A stretch of DNA of 64,000 nt. It comes from a virus. Shown piece by piece: positions 1-10,858 of the stretch (within the stretch, counting starts at the first letter, position 1; each line of letters opens with the position of its first letter). The translations under genes were made by a program, and so were the position numbers. The notes below the pieces were generated by a model, which was not told where the DNA came from, searched no databases, and saw nothing but the letters and a program-made list of their open reading frames with translations. Location of the stretch: IMG/VR virus record IMGVR_UViG_3300027793_000055, positions 96,001-160,000 of that record, one strand, 5' to 3'.

Positions 1-774
1 TATAAATCTTCTTGGTACAGTAAATGGTCGTAAATAGGCAGTATTACTGCTAACACTATTGGAGCCACCGCGATTAACGATTGGTCGATAAATGATATCT
101 TGTGTCAAATAATCAACTTCAAAATATTCATTACCTTCAAGATCTTCAACTTTTATTATTTCAGCAACATTCGTAAGAGGTAGACGAACTCTTTTGAATC
201 TCTCAAACTCGCCTGTCTGAACTTTTACTTCTTCAAAAAAGCCGGATATAACCTTTCCATATGATTTTACTGCATAAAAAGTTGGAAGACCCGAAACAGA
301 ATTAACACGAGCTACAACTGTTTCATTTGTGTCAGAATTGAAAAACACATCTTCAGTTAATATAAACTGATTTCCATTTGAAGTAGTAAATGTTGAACCT
401 CTTTTGAGAATTGGAGCATATATAAGATCTGGTCCTAAACCGTTTTGAGAGGCCGGAATTAAGATAAAAAAAGTAGCAATACCGTGCGAAGTTGGCACAG
501 TACTTTCTTTGAAACCCATCTGTCTTGTTAATTTTTCTACATTTGTAAATTCATTAGCTGTATCTAGGAATGATTCGTTGGCTTGATAATCCAGATAGAA
601 AGAAAGTATATCACCAACATAAGATACGGTGTCTAATACCAAAGAACCAATACCAGCTTCATTGAAATCCTTAAAAGACTCAGGATAGTATCTTTTGGCG
701 TGTTGCACCAAAGATTGCTTAATAGTAGCAAAATCTCTTGCAGAATAATTTATTGGTACATTCTTTTTTGGCAT
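1..774 (-). CDS. Baseplate wedge protein, T4 gp6-like (runs off the left edge)
   Basis: Manual translation from ATG at 774: MPKKNVPINYSARDFATIKQSL...YPESFKDFNEAGIGSLVLDTVSYVGDILSFYLDYQANESFLDTA, the characteristic gp6 N-terminus; next to a gp25-like gene. Confidence 0.88.
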   Translation of the reverse strand, partial: MPKKNVPINYSARDFATIKQSLVQHAKRYYPESFKDFNEAGIGSLVLDTVSYVGDILSFYLDYQANESFLDTANEFTNVEKLTRQMGFKESTVPTSHGIATFFILIPASQNGLGPDLIYAPILKRGSTFTTSNGNQFILTEDVFFNSDTNETVVARVNSVSGLPTFYAVKSYGKVISGFFEEVKVQTGEFERFKRVRLPLTNVAEIIKVEDLEGNEYFEVDYLTQDIIYRPIVNRGGSNSVSSNTAYLRPFTVPRRFI

Positions 775-797
775 CAGCTTGACCTCTTATAAATATA

Positions 798-1199
798 TTA
801 TCTTGTTAGTGTTTGTGTTAATAAATTGAAACTTAATCGTAATTGATCGGTTGTTGAGGTTGGTGCTATAAAATAAGTTATTGCAATACCTAATAAATTT
901 GGCTCTTGTTCATCATCTACAAAATCTATTGAAACAATAGAAACAAATGGCATATATCTATTAATTTGCACAGTTAGTGCAGATCTTATTGTATTTGTTG
1001 TTGCAACTGTCTTATTTTCAAACAAGAATCTTTTTATACCAACACCAAATTCCGGATCCATTATTCTTTCACCGGGACTTGTAAGAATTAAGTTTTTTAA
1101 GTTTTGCCTTACTAATTCCGGAATAGTGTCGACTAAAATATAGTCGCTATCCTCACGATCTATTTGTAAAGGAAAAGATACAGTAAAGCCATTTCTCAT
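798..1199 (-). CDS. Baseplate wedge protein, gp25/GPW family
   Basis: QNLKNLILTSPGERIMDPEFGVGIKRFLFE motif; 133 aa. Confidence 0.92.
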   Translation of the reverse strand: MRNGFTVSFPLQIDREDSDYILVDTIPELVRQNLKNLILTSPGERIMDPEFGVGIKRFLFENKTVATTNTIRSALTVQINRYMPFVSIVSIDFVDDEQEPNLLGIAITYFIAPTSTTDQLRLSFNLLTQTLTR

Positions 1200-1235
1200 A
1201 TTGTAATAAATATGATGCTAAACTGTTTTTAATTA

Positions 1236-4200
1236 TTATTCTGTTTCATCACAAATAATATTTCCAGATTCATCTGTAGATACCGGCTGTTCTAGTCTTG
1301 GTATAGATGCTTTAAATTCAGGGGTTTCCAGAATAAGTGGTTCTAAAGCTAAGAATAGTGGTCCAAACGGCATCGCTATATTATATGTTGTCAATCCCGG
1401 ACTAAACACTGGAAATGGTACTAATGCCAATGAAGCTATAGAATATGGTATGTTTATTTTTTCTCCTGGAAATATTGGCGTACTTGGTACAATATCAAAC
1501 TGATCTACTTCTTCTTCTGGATTGAATGAATCGCTAATAAATTGTTTCTTTTTTATATCATATGGTACACCGGTTGTACCAATCCCTTGTCTTGTTACAT
1601 AATTTTCATTACCTTCATTATCAACAGTTTTAATAACCCGATTTGTCTGTGGATCGACCTGTACAACTACAGTATTTTCAATAATTGGCAATCCTTGAGA
1701 AATAGCATTTTGTTTTATTTCAAGTTCACCACTTGGTAAATAATTATAATAACCGTTATATGCAATTCCGGCTTCAGCAGCTGTAATTGTCTTTGTCTGA
1801 TTGGTGCCTTCTATCTTAACGACCTCACCAGCTTCCAACCTTCTGAATCTTGGTTGCACTAGACCCATCTTTCCAGCTAAAACTATTTTATCAGCCAAAA
1901 AGATATTTGGGTCTACAGCTACTGAAATACCTTTCAATAAATTAATTGGTATTGTGGCAGCTGCTTTTAGAAAAGCTGCTGTAGAAGGCCCATTTTGTTC
2001 CTCTTCTTTCTGCTTTTCATATGCACCGGTAGTATCTCTTGTTTTAAAATTACCACTATTTTTATGCAAGTCATAATTCTTTTTAATCAACTGTTTGGTG
2101 CCATTCAATAACGTATAAACACCTTCGCTAGCCATTCCAAGCAAGCTATTAAATAAACAGAAATCTCTTCCCATTCTATCTAATAGACTATAGTTTACCA
2201 ATAAATCATATGCAGGATTTGCTAGCATTTTTGCTTTTGCTATATTGAATAAATTATCTGTATATCTAGAATACCATCTGTCTGTATACTCATCATTTGG
2301 TAAAAATAGAGTATCAAAATCATACATATCTTGCGGTAATTCTACTTCTTCCTCAATAATAGGAATTACTAAATATTTTTCTTGTTGTTCGAAAAGTTTC
2401 CAAGCTGGATTTTGTGAATAATCTTGTGATGTGAATGACTGGATTAGTCCCATTTTATTTTTCATAATTCTGGCTCTACCAGCAATTCGAGCTTGTTCAT
2501 TTTTATAAATTATTCCATTTGGATATTCTTCTGTAATTATTCCGGAATAAAAACCATCACTCTCTCTTAATTGAGATAAGTTAGCTAGCTCTTCATCTTT
2601 TGTATAAGTTCTTATTAAACTAATTCTTAATCCAAAGGATGGTGCAGAATTCATCCAAAGTTGCTGTGTTATAGCTGGCGATGAATTTTTAGAGTAAACA
2701 TATGCTCTCTGTAGATTATTACCTGAACGGCTTGCTTCAATAATTCTAAGCATTGTTTCTTTAAAATTTACTAAATTAGTAACACCATTTATGTCTCTAT
2801 TTCGAAAGACATAATTATTTAAATCTCTAAATTGTTGATTTAGTTGAGAATTTTGCTTAAAATCAGTTCTTATATATTTTTCTAATATTATGTGCCAGCC
2901 TTTTTCTCTTAGCTTATTGCTATATAAGCCCGGTCCTTCTATGAAACTAGTAAAGTTCAGCAAATTATCTGAATCCGGCTTATAAACAGTTACATTTCTC
3001 GTATCGGGTGCTGCTGGTCTTAAAGGAGTATCATTATTTGGATCAACATTTGGACGCGGAGGAGTTTCAACCGATACTGTCTCTTCTGTTTTTGTATAAA
3101 AATTAGAATACGTATCAATTACCGGTAAATTATTAAAGAAGTTATTTCTTGCTTTAATAGCCGATTCTTCATTATTGATTGCCATTCCAAGATTAGAAAT
3201 GATATCCGCAAATGCAGGCGATGTAAGAACATCTGGCTGTGTAACAACAGTTATTGTCTGTTGAAGCGGAAAGTCATTATTTCTTTGAGAAGTGCCCGTG
3301 ATACCTCTATTTGAAGTATCGATACTCCTATTTCTAGCATCAATCAAATTATCTACTGTATTTCGTGTATTAATTGAAGATTGTTGAGCAACAGAAGGAG
3401 GCTGTGTTTGTACGCTGGCATAAGAATCGACAATGTTTTTAATTATCTTTAAAACATCATCAATTTGATATCTTATAATACTTCTTAGCTTATTACTAGA
3501 ATCATTATCGGTTATTATATTATTCTTTTTATATATGCTGAAGATCTTTTCTATTTGTACTTCTATACCTTCTTCAAACTTAAAGTTTTTTATATCTTTT
3601 CTGACTGTATGTTCAAAAAATAAATAAATAAGTTCTTTTATATTAAAATTATAAAAATCATAATCATATTTATCGAAAACAAACAAGCCTTTGAATACAT
3701 TATGAATAACACTTGTTCTAATAAATGTCTCAACTAGACCAGTCATAATTTTATCTGATAAATGACCTGGTTTATTATCCTGATAACGAGTATTGATTCT
3801 AGAATTAGTGCTAACTACATTTTCCGGGTTTGTAGAACTAAATTCTTCATTAATTCTTTTTTTGACCGCTTCTAACTGCAGCAAGTGAGTATCAATACCA
3901 CATACTTTTTGCTTTTCTGTCTGTAATGGAGAAAAATCAATTAAACCTAAAAATATATTTCTTTTTTTCGTATCTTCTTGTTCAAAGTTGGATACTTTTT
4001 TACGTTGTAATAATTTTGAATCTGTAGGTACGATTAGAAGTTGCTTTTGCAATATATCGCGATATGCTACTAAAGATTCTTTTTTAAATATTTCAGTTAA
4101 TTCAATTGAGCCAAAGTTAGTTGAATTATACGGCATTATTTTTGCCAAAGATCTTGTAAATAATTGAGAAAATAAATCAAATCTTTCTAAATTATCATTA

Positions 4201-7200
4201 GATACATTGAGTTCTGCTATTCTAGCTTCATTTAAAAGAGTTTGCTTATTGAATTCAATAACAGAGCCTGACATTTTTAGTGTTTGAGAATATTTCTCTG
4301 TTGTGCCTGAATTACCAAGAACTTGACCGGTAGTTCTTACATTAAAAACATAAGATCCTGTTTTTTCTGTATAAATCATTTTCCATTTTGGAGAATTCTC
4401 GCTTGCTTGAGAAAGGAACTCTTCTGTTCTAAACTGATTCAAGCCCTCAGATAAGCCAGTGGTTAATTTTCCTTCTAGACTAACTGTTAATCTTTCTGTT
4501 TCTTCAGTTTTTATATCGGCATTAGTATCAATACTAGAATATACTTTCTCTACTAAGCCACCTATTTCGTTTACGTGAACCGGTTTTTCATAGTATTTAA
4601 TGCCACCGATTTCAGATGGGTTATTAACAACACTATCAATATCAACATATTCTTGATTTTTTGATGTTGCTCTACCGGTAGTTTGAAAGCCGGGAAGTGC
4701 AGTTGGTGGTACGGTTTTGTTTTCAAAAACCTTTTCTATTGTCTTTATTGGTGCTGATGTAGCACCGGGAAAAGCCTCTATTTCTTGGTCAAACGATATT
4801 TTAATCTGATCAAAAACATTTGATAGAGTATTATTGACAATTCTATCAATTTCTTGTATTTGCTTGCCATCCGGTGTTTTATTAACTGATAAGGCGGCAG
4901 GACTTGTGAAAATATCTGCAGCAGTTGGTTTTTTTCCAAGCTGATTAATTAATTTATTCGCTCTTTGTCTTGCATCTTCCTGCAAATCATCGATTACTTT
5001 ATTAGCTAGTTCTGCCGGCAATACTTGATTAGCTAATGCTTTTCTAAAATCTGTTACATTTGTAAATGGATAACAAACATTTGGATCAGTAGCTTGTTGA
5101 TTAATTAATGGAGTTGCTGCTAATAACTGTAAACGTGGTCCAAGACTATCTAGTTGCGTTATTTTACCAAAAGATGCAAACAATAATGCGTGTCTTTCAG
5201 GATATTTTAAAATAGCATTAAGCAATGGAAAGCGAATTCTTGCTATTTCTGTTATAGTCAAATTTACTTCTGTATTAGAATTACCAGCAAGTAAATTAAT
5301 TGTTTCTGATGGAGATAGGAGAGAGAAACAAGTCTTAACATATTCTTTTAACTGTTGAACTAAAGAATCCTGTGTCATAGTCAGACGGGTTGTACCTTCT
5401 TCGCCGACTTGTACGAGTGCCTTTAGAATGTGTTTATTTCTGTCTAAACTGCCATATCTGGCGAAACTGTTATCTTCAGTTTCCGCTTGTTGTATAACAG
5501 CCGGTGCAGCAATCTGGAAGTTTGGAGAATTTGTCTGTTGATACAATTGTACCAAAGAGTCATCAGATATGCGAACTACGTTGGCTTGTTCGCCATCTGC
5601 TGTGAAAACAAATCTACCAATTTCTTGTAAAAATTGTTTTTGTTTTTCGGTAGTTGCCAAACTTGTAGCATCTATTGTTCCTGTAAAAATGGTTGGATTT
5701 ACAGTAAAACCAGCTACTCCAAAAGAACCAGTAGTATCACTCGATGTTCTTACAAGACCACCTAAACTTGTACTACGTGTACCCAAGCTACCAAGAAATA
5801 TATTTTCTGGTGTTGTTCCAAAACCTAAAGTACCAGTTACAACTGTAGTACCAAGAAGGTTGTTTCCAAGTTTTGATTCAAAAGAGATTATATTAGCTAG
5901 TTGTACACCACTTTGTGTTAGGAAATTTTGCATTCCATTTCCTATGGCACCTTGCGTATTTTCAAAATTAAAGTTACCATCAAATAAAGCAGCTAAATCT
6001 CCATATAAACCAGTTGGAGCCTCGATATCAGAATTAAGTATTCCAGCTATAAAACCATCAAGAGCATTACAACCGATCAATTCATTCAATACTTGTTGAA
6101 TAATATTTAATAGTAATGCCAATATTCCTTCAATGACAGCTGTTTGAAAATCTATCTTAAAACTAAATTGCCAATCCAGGATATTAAAAGAAGGCAATTT
6201 TATATTAAAAAGACTATCCAAAAGAGCCAATATTGCACTAATATCTAATTTGCAAAGAGCTTCTAAGTCAATAACTTTATCAATACTATCAAGAACAAAT
6301 TGTGTTTGACCAGCTGGATCTAAAGGCTCCAAACCCTCTGCTTGTCTTGCTTCGTTTTGTTTCTGTAATTCATCTCTAATATTTAAACTTAAAGCTGTAA
6401 TAATGTTTTTCTGAAATGGGAAAGCTGTTATTAATCTCTGCTCAAAATTATCTACCGTTAGATCTCTCAAAATCTGGTCACACGGAATTTGAGGCATTAC
6501 ACATTTAATAGCTTCATCAACAACACAAGCTAAATTATATTTTTGTATAAAATCTGTAAATAATTTTCCTATTTTGTCAAAATTCTTTACATTGTCAAAT
6601 AATATTATTTCACTTGCAAGATCCGGACAGACCTTTGTTAATTCAATTAATTTTATCTTTAACTCTTCTAAGGCTTTTTTCTGATCCGGTGTTCCACCAA
6701 ACCCCGGAAAAGCTGTTTGTATTTCTAATAAATTAAGCTGCGCCCTTGTTGTAGAGATTCTATCTCTTACTTCCTGAGTACAGCCTTTTGGTTTTATTTG
6801 TGGAAGCGATTCAATCTTTTGTTGTGGATGGATATAGGCATTTATAAAATCTTTTAGTAAGACTTTACTAGTAACGCCAGCACCAAAGCCCAGCAGAGAT
6901 AAACTGTCTTCTAGTTTTGAAAGACTCGTTTCTCTTCCTTGACACAACAAAAGATTGCTCGGTATTGGAGCATTTATTTGTCTTATAATCTCAAGTAAAT
7001 TAAAAACTAGTGATAACGTTGTGTTTGAACTTATTAATAATGGTTGTTTTAGAGTAGTTAAAACAGCTAAAGACCTAGAAAATGTTTTATTTTGTAGATA
7101 GACATAATCAATCCTATCATATAAAATAACATCTCTAGAAACTCCATCAGAAAAAACTCTGGGTTCTAATTTGTTTTCACCGATTAGTCTCAAAGTGACA

Positions 7201-7511
7201 AATTCATAATCAGCAATAGATATCTTTTCTGGTTCTGATGCTATGATTGGTTTTATATTATTTGAAGTTTTGATTGCCGCCTCTAGATCTACTAAAAATC
7301 GAACCAAGCCGCCAATTTCTGAATCTAGATTATACCCAACGATTGTACTCTCAGAAGCAACTAATTGTTGATTATAAAAAGAAAATAGCTTCTTAATTTG
7401 AGTTACATACTCTGGTAATTTCGAAATTTCTAATGTCACCTCTGTTTGAAGAGGAAATATATTTTCTACAGAACCAGGTATTAACAAATCTTTTGTTATT
7501 TCTTGAGCCAT
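1236..7511 (-). CDS. Very large (2091 aa) probable virion structural protein
   Basis: Long ORF embedded in the baseplate operon; no recognisable catalytic motif. Confidence 0.6.
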   Translation of the reverse strand: MAQEITKDLLIPGSVENIFPLQTEVTLEISKLPEYVTQIKKLFSFYNQQLVASESTIVGYNLDSEIGGLVRFLVDLEAAIKTSNNIKPIIASEPEKISIADYEFVTLRLIGENKLEPRVFSDGVSRDVILYDRIDYVYLQNKTFSRSLAVLTTLKQPLLISSNTTLSLVFNLLEIIRQINAPIPSNLLLCQGRETSLSKLEDSLSLLGFGAGVTSKVLLKDFINAYIHPQQKIESLPQIKPKGCTQEVRDRISTTRAQLNLLEIQTAFPGFGGTPDQKKALEELKIKLIELTKVCPDLASEIILFDNVKNFDKIGKLFTDFIQKYNLACVVDEAIKCVMPQIPCDQILRDLTVDNFEQRLITAFPFQKNIITALSLNIRDELQKQNEARQAEGLEPLDPAGQTQFVLDSIDKVIDLEALCKLDISAILALLDSLFNIKLPSFNILDWQFSFKIDFQTAVIEGILALLLNIIQQVLNELIGCNALDGFIAGILNSDIEAPTGLYGDLAALFDGNFNFENTQGAIGNGMQNFLTQSGVQLANIISFESKLGNNLLGTTVVTGTLGFGTTPENIFLGSLGTRSTSLGGLVRTSSDTTGSFGVAGFTVNPTIFTGTIDATSLATTEKQKQFLQEIGRFVFTADGEQANVVRISDDSLVQLYQQTNSPNFQIAAPAVIQQAETEDNSFARYGSLDRNKHILKALVQVGEEGTTRLTMTQDSLVQQLKEYVKTCFSLLSPSETINLLAGNSNTEVNLTITEIARIRFPLLNAILKYPERHALLFASFGKITQLDSLGPRLQLLAATPLINQQATDPNVCYPFTNVTDFRKALANQVLPAELANKVIDDLQEDARQRANKLINQLGKKPTAADIFTSPAALSVNKTPDGKQIQEIDRIVNNTLSNVFDQIKISFDQEIEAFPGATSAPIKTIEKVFENKTVPPTALPGFQTTGRATSKNQEYVDIDSVVNNPSEIGGIKYYEKPVHVNEIGGLVEKVYSSIDTNADIKTEETERLTVSLEGKLTTGLSEGLNQFRTEEFLSQASENSPKWKMIYTEKTGSYVFNVRTTGQVLGNSGTTEKYSQTLKMSGSVIEFNKQTLLNEARIAELNVSNDNLERFDLFSQLFTRSLAKIMPYNSTNFGSIELTEIFKKESLVAYRDILQKQLLIVPTDSKLLQRKKVSNFEQEDTKKRNIFLGLIDFSPLQTEKQKVCGIDTHLLQLEAVKKRINEEFSSTNPENVVSTNSRINTRYQDNKPGHLSDKIMTGLVETFIRTSVIHNVFKGLFVFDKYDYDFYNFNIKELIYLFFEHTVRKDIKNFKFEEGIEVQIEKIFSIYKKNNIITDNDSSNKLRSIIRYQIDDVLKIIKNIVDSYASVQTQPPSVAQQSSINTRNTVDNLIDARNRSIDTSNRGITGTSQRNNDFPLQQTITVVTQPDVLTSPAFADIISNLGMAINNEESAIKARNNFFNNLPVIDTYSNFYTKTEETVSVETPPRPNVDPNNDTPLRPAAPDTRNVTVYKPDSDNLLNFTSFIEGPGLYSNKLREKGWHIILEKYIRTDFKQNSQLNQQFRDLNNYVFRNRDINGVTNLVNFKETMLRIIEASRSGNNLQRAYVYSKNSSPAITQQLWMNSAPSFGLRISLIRTYTKDEELANLSQLRESDGFYSGIITEEYPNGIIYKNEQARIAGRARIMKNKMGLIQSFTSQDYSQNPAWKLFEQQEKYLVIPIIEEEVELPQDMYDFDTLFLPNDEYTDRWYSRYTDNLFNIAKAKMLANPAYDLLVNYSLLDRMGRDFCLFNSLLGMASEGVYTLLNGTKQLIKKNYDLHKNSGNFKTRDTTGAYEKQKEEEQNGPSTAAFLKAAATIPINLLKGISVAVDPNIFLADKIVLAGKMGLVQPRFRRLEAGEVVKIEGTNQTKTITAAEAGIAYNGYYNYLPSGELEIKQNAISQGLPIIENTVVVQVDPQTNRVIKTVDNEGNENYVTRQGIGTTGVPYDIKKKQFISDSFNPEEEVDQFDIVPSTPIFPGEKINIPYSIASLALVPFPVFSPGLTTYNIAMPFGPLFLALEPLILETPEFKASIPRLEQPVSTDESGNIICDETE

Positions 7512-7531
7512 TATCTATTTACCAACCATTT

Positions 7532-8518
7532 TCAATTTAATCTGTGAAACCTGCTGTTTATATAATAAGGTCCAGCAGGATTTAAGTGTTCACCCTTATA
7601 AGAAATTAGTTCCATACGAAACATTTTAATATCATTTATTGTAAAGCTTAATAATTGAGCAGCAGCTGCATTATTTGCATAGATAGATTCATCGGATGGT
7701 AAAACAGGTATACCAAAATATTCATTTACTGGATTTTTATGTTTATGATAAGCCATTTCATTCATATAGTCAATTACTGTCATAGTGGCAGTACTTACAA
7801 TAGCACTCAATTTATCAACCTTTTCAATTAATTGGTCAAGAGCAAAAACAGTATTAATACCCAAAGGAATTGGCTGCAAACCACCGGCTTCTATTTCCGA
7901 TATTTGTGCTTCTCTTACTTCTTCAGTGATCATTAGTCTTTCACCGTCCTCTAAATCACCAGCCAATAACTCAATACCATATCTGGAAACGATATTTCCA
8001 CCTTGAGAATTTTTTTGATCAGTGCCAACAACCAATTTAATACTTTCTCTACCAACAAGTCTAACTGCATCGGCTTTTAAAGCCGCAGTTGATCTAGCTA
8101 TAGATAAACCACTATTTCCAGGAGGAATACCAAGAGCTTTATCGATATCAGATTTTTGGCTTAAATAGATTCTTGCAGCATCTGTAGTAAAATCTGGATG
8201 GGTTATATCTTGTTCTATTAAGAATTTTTCATCTGCACTTCTTCTACCAACCACCATATCAATAGCTGCACAGGAAGTATTTCCATTAATACCATAGCCA
8301 TCAAAAGGTCCAGTTCTATCGCGACCTAGAACTATAGTTGAGTCTTGTTTTCCTTGTAATAATATTTCATATCGTGCTTGTGCAAAACGTGGAGATAGCT
8401 CTGCAATATCATCACCACCAATACCGGCTGAAGAAACTATTGTAGAAGAGTCAGAGAATCCATCTCTTGCTTTTTCAGTTAATTTATTAAGTTCTAATTT
8501 CTGTTTTAAATTTGCCAT
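7532..8518 (-). CDS. Probable baseplate central spike (gp5 C-terminal-like)
   Basis: Beta-strand repeats (STIVLGRDR, DAVRLVGRESIKLV), C-terminal HKH metal-tip motif, baseplate context. Confidence 0.55.
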   Translation of the reverse strand: MANLKQKLELNKLTEKARDGFSDSSTIVSSAGIGGDDIAELSPRFAQARYEILLQGKQDSTIVLGRDRTGPFDGYGINGNTSCAAIDMVVGRRSADEKFLIEQDITHPDFTTDAARIYLSQKSDIDKALGIPPGNSGLSIARSTAALKADAVRLVGRESIKLVVGTDQKNSQGGNIVSRYGIELLAGDLEDGERLMITEEVREAQISEIEAGGLQPIPLGINTVFALDQLIEKVDKLSAIVSTATMTVIDYMNEMAYHKHKNPVNEYFGIPVLPSDESIYANNAAAAQLLSFTINDIKMFRMELISYKGEHLNPAGPYYINSRFHRLN

Positions 8519-8520
8519 AA

Positions 8521-9744
8521 TTACTCAATTAAACCTAAACTTCTTGCAGCATTTTCATCAAATTCGTAATGCCACAACTCTTTAAAAGACCATCCGGTCC
8601 AAATAAAACCAAATCTCTGTGAATTGCTTGCTAACCATTTAGCAACTAAACCAAAGTCACCATTTTTTGTTTTTTCAAAACTCTGTGAATTTTGATCAAC
8701 TCTCTGTAAAGAATTAAAACTAGAACTGTCAGTAAATTGCTTAAACAACAAATTTCCTTCTCTGCCGGTTGAAAAGTCAATAGCCTTTCCAGCTGGATGT
8801 TTTGAATTACCTCTATCTGGATTTCCAACTTGTGGAAATGGTTGACCTTTTCTTAGCCAGTCTTGATACATACACCTTTGTAAATCTATATTTCTATAAC
8901 CACTGGTAAAACCTAAAGTTTGACCGGTTTCTTTTTTATATGCATCTATCATAGCTTCAACAGCTTTTATATATTTCTTTGGAAATAATATAAAAGCACT
9001 ACCTGGTATTATAACCATTTCTGTTGTTTCATATCCATTTGGTGGAGGTGGACCACCGGTTGTTATTGGCCATATACCGGGTTGCCGATTCGCTTTTTTT
9101 AAATCTATACAAGCATTTTGTTCAGAAGCAGGAAAAGACTGTTGCTGGATACTTGGTATTGGATTTAAACCAGAAGGTGGTTTTGTACTATCTGTTAAAT
9201 TATTTTGTTGTGAAGTAATCTGTGAAGCTTTTTTGTCTTTCTTTTTTCCTGCTGTCTCTGATCCTTTTCTGGATATACCATAATAAGTTGGTCTTGTTCG
9301 AAACAGACGATTTTCATAATCAACAAATATCTTATCACCTTTACTTGGAGGATCTAATTTATCAGATACTGAAATAAATATTTCAAAAAGAGGCATTAAT
9401 GTTTCTGATGGTATTTCTTCGCCATTATCAAAATTAATACCCTGATCTGGATGTGGACAGTTATCTTGTTCTATTATTTGCGCTCTTACTGCTATCAATT
9501 TATCAATATTCTGCATTTGTGAACTTTGATATTCAGCAGGAAATGGAGGATAAATATAATAGCCGTTTTCTAAAGCAATACCAACCAAAGGACCAGAAAT
9601 GTTCTTTGAAACATCTGGTCTAATATGTTCATCTTTTTTTAATCTTTCGAGTTCAGAGTCGGTCGGATTTGCTCTTCTTATTCTTGGCCAAGCATTATTT
9701 TGACCAAAAGGCTCATCCTCTGGATTCAGAATTCTATTCGACAT
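8521..9744 (-). CDS. Baseplate-associated protein with C-terminal M15 (VanY-like) Zn peptidoglycan peptidase
   Basis: SGYR...SKHPAGKAID...ELWHYE = M15 motifs SxHxxGxAxD and ExWH. Confidence 0.85.
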   Translation of the reverse strand: MSNRILNPEDEPFGQNNAWPRIRRANPTDSELERLKKDEHIRPDVSKNISGPLVGIALENGYYIYPPFPAEYQSSQMQNIDKLIAVRAQIIEQDNCPHPDQGINFDNGEEIPSETLMPLFEIFISVSDKLDPPSKGDKIFVDYENRLFRTRPTYYGISRKGSETAGKKKDKKASQITSQQNNLTDSTKPPSGLNPIPSIQQQSFPASEQNACIDLKKANRQPGIWPITTGGPPPPNGYETTEMVIIPGSAFILFPKKYIKAVEAMIDAYKKETGQTLGFTSGYRNIDLQRCMYQDWLRKGQPFPQVGNPDRGNSKHPAGKAIDFSTGREGNLLFKQFTDSSSFNSLQRVDQNSQSFEKTKNGDFGLVAKWLASNSQRFGFIWTGWSFKELWHYEFDENAARSLGLIE

Positions 9745-9794
9745 AATCTAGAAACCTCTAGAATAAATATCTAGAATTGAAATAATTTAGATAT

Positions 9795-10097
9795 CTATTC
9801 TTCTTTACCGGTAGCTTCTATTTCATCATACATACTATTTTTCTCATTTTCATTTAAATCTCCATATTCACTTTTAATGGATTTTTTTAGTATGTCTGTT
9901 ATTTTTACTAATTGCTCATTTGAACGCTGTAGAGTTTCAAGATATTTGGCAGCAGTCAAGCCAACTTCTCTATGACGTTCTTGACTGCCACCAATATAAA
10001 CAGCTATATCTCTTAAGAGACTATCAGCTTTTTTACGATCTTCTCTTATATTATCAATAGCTTCTTCAAGATACTTTTCGATCTGTTTATTATTCAT
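9795..10097 (-). CDS. Hypothetical helical protein
   Basis: 100 aa, coupled (overlapping stop/start) to the sigma gene. Confidence 0.65.
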   Translation of the reverse strand: MNNKQIEKYLEEAIDNIREDRKKADSLLRDIAVYIGGSQERHREVGLTAAKYLETLQRSNEQLVKITDILKKSIKSEYGDLNENEKNSMYDEIEATGKEE

Positions 10098-10858
10098 AAT
10101 ATATCATTTTCCCAATCAAGTTTAAAATCTCTATATTTATCTCTTAATCGATTTAAACTTGAAGCTATTTGTTTGGTATTTAGATTCGTTATCTCTCTTA
10201 TATACAGATAGATTGCTTTTTTATTGAAAATTTCAATACGATCAGGATTCTCCAATAAAATTTTAACAGCTTGTAAAACTTTATCATCGTTCTGTTTTAA
10301 TTCTTCTGAATCCCATTCTTTCATCTCGCTCCAAAGAGCGCCCCAAAATTCTTCTCCCTCTCTATCTGAATCATATGTGTTATGAACCAATAGGTTATCT
10401 TCTTCGCTCTCTTTTTTGATATCTTCGAAATATACTTCGTGTTTTGCTTGATGAGAATTCTTTTTGACTTTATGAATAAACCAATTTTTGGTTATGACTG
10501 AAAAGTAACTAAATGCCTTAGAGCCTTTTAATGGGTCAAATTTATCCAATATGGTTGTTAACCAAACCTTGCACTCGCTCTTTAGGTCTTCAATATTTGG
10601 TAAACTAGTGAACTTATAAGTAAAAACTATTTTATCTACCAACTCATTAAAAACAGGGCCGATATAAGCAACATAAAGTTCTTGTCTTTTTTTTGGATCT
10701 CGTACTTGAGCATATTGTACGATTGCATCTTCATGAACTTTTGAAAAATATATTTTTCCTTGTGTTGTTCTTACTTGAGTTGTTTTATTAAAGGTTACGT
10801 TTGTTTGGTTTGAATTCAAACTGTTTTGGCTCTGGCTCTTCTTCGGACGTGGCATCAA
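10094..10858 (-). CDS. Phage RNA polymerase sigma factor (probable late sigma)
   Basis: Region 2-like DLKSECKVWLTTILDKFDPLKGSKAFSYFSVITKNWF plus C-terminal HTH (EITNLNTKQIASSLNRLR). Confidence 0.8.
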   Translation of the reverse strand: MMPRPKKSQSQNSLNSNQTNVTFNKTTQVRTTQGKIYFSKVHEDAIVQYAQVRDPKKRQELYVAYIGPVFNELVDKIVFTYKFTSLPNIEDLKSECKVWLTTILDKFDPLKGSKAFSYFSVITKNWFIHKVKKNSHQAKHEVYFEDIKKESEEDNLLVHNTYDSDREGEEFWGALWSEMKEWDSEELKQNDDKVLQAVKILLENPDRIEIFNKKAIYLYIREITNLNTKQIASSLNRLRDKYRDFKLDWENDIL

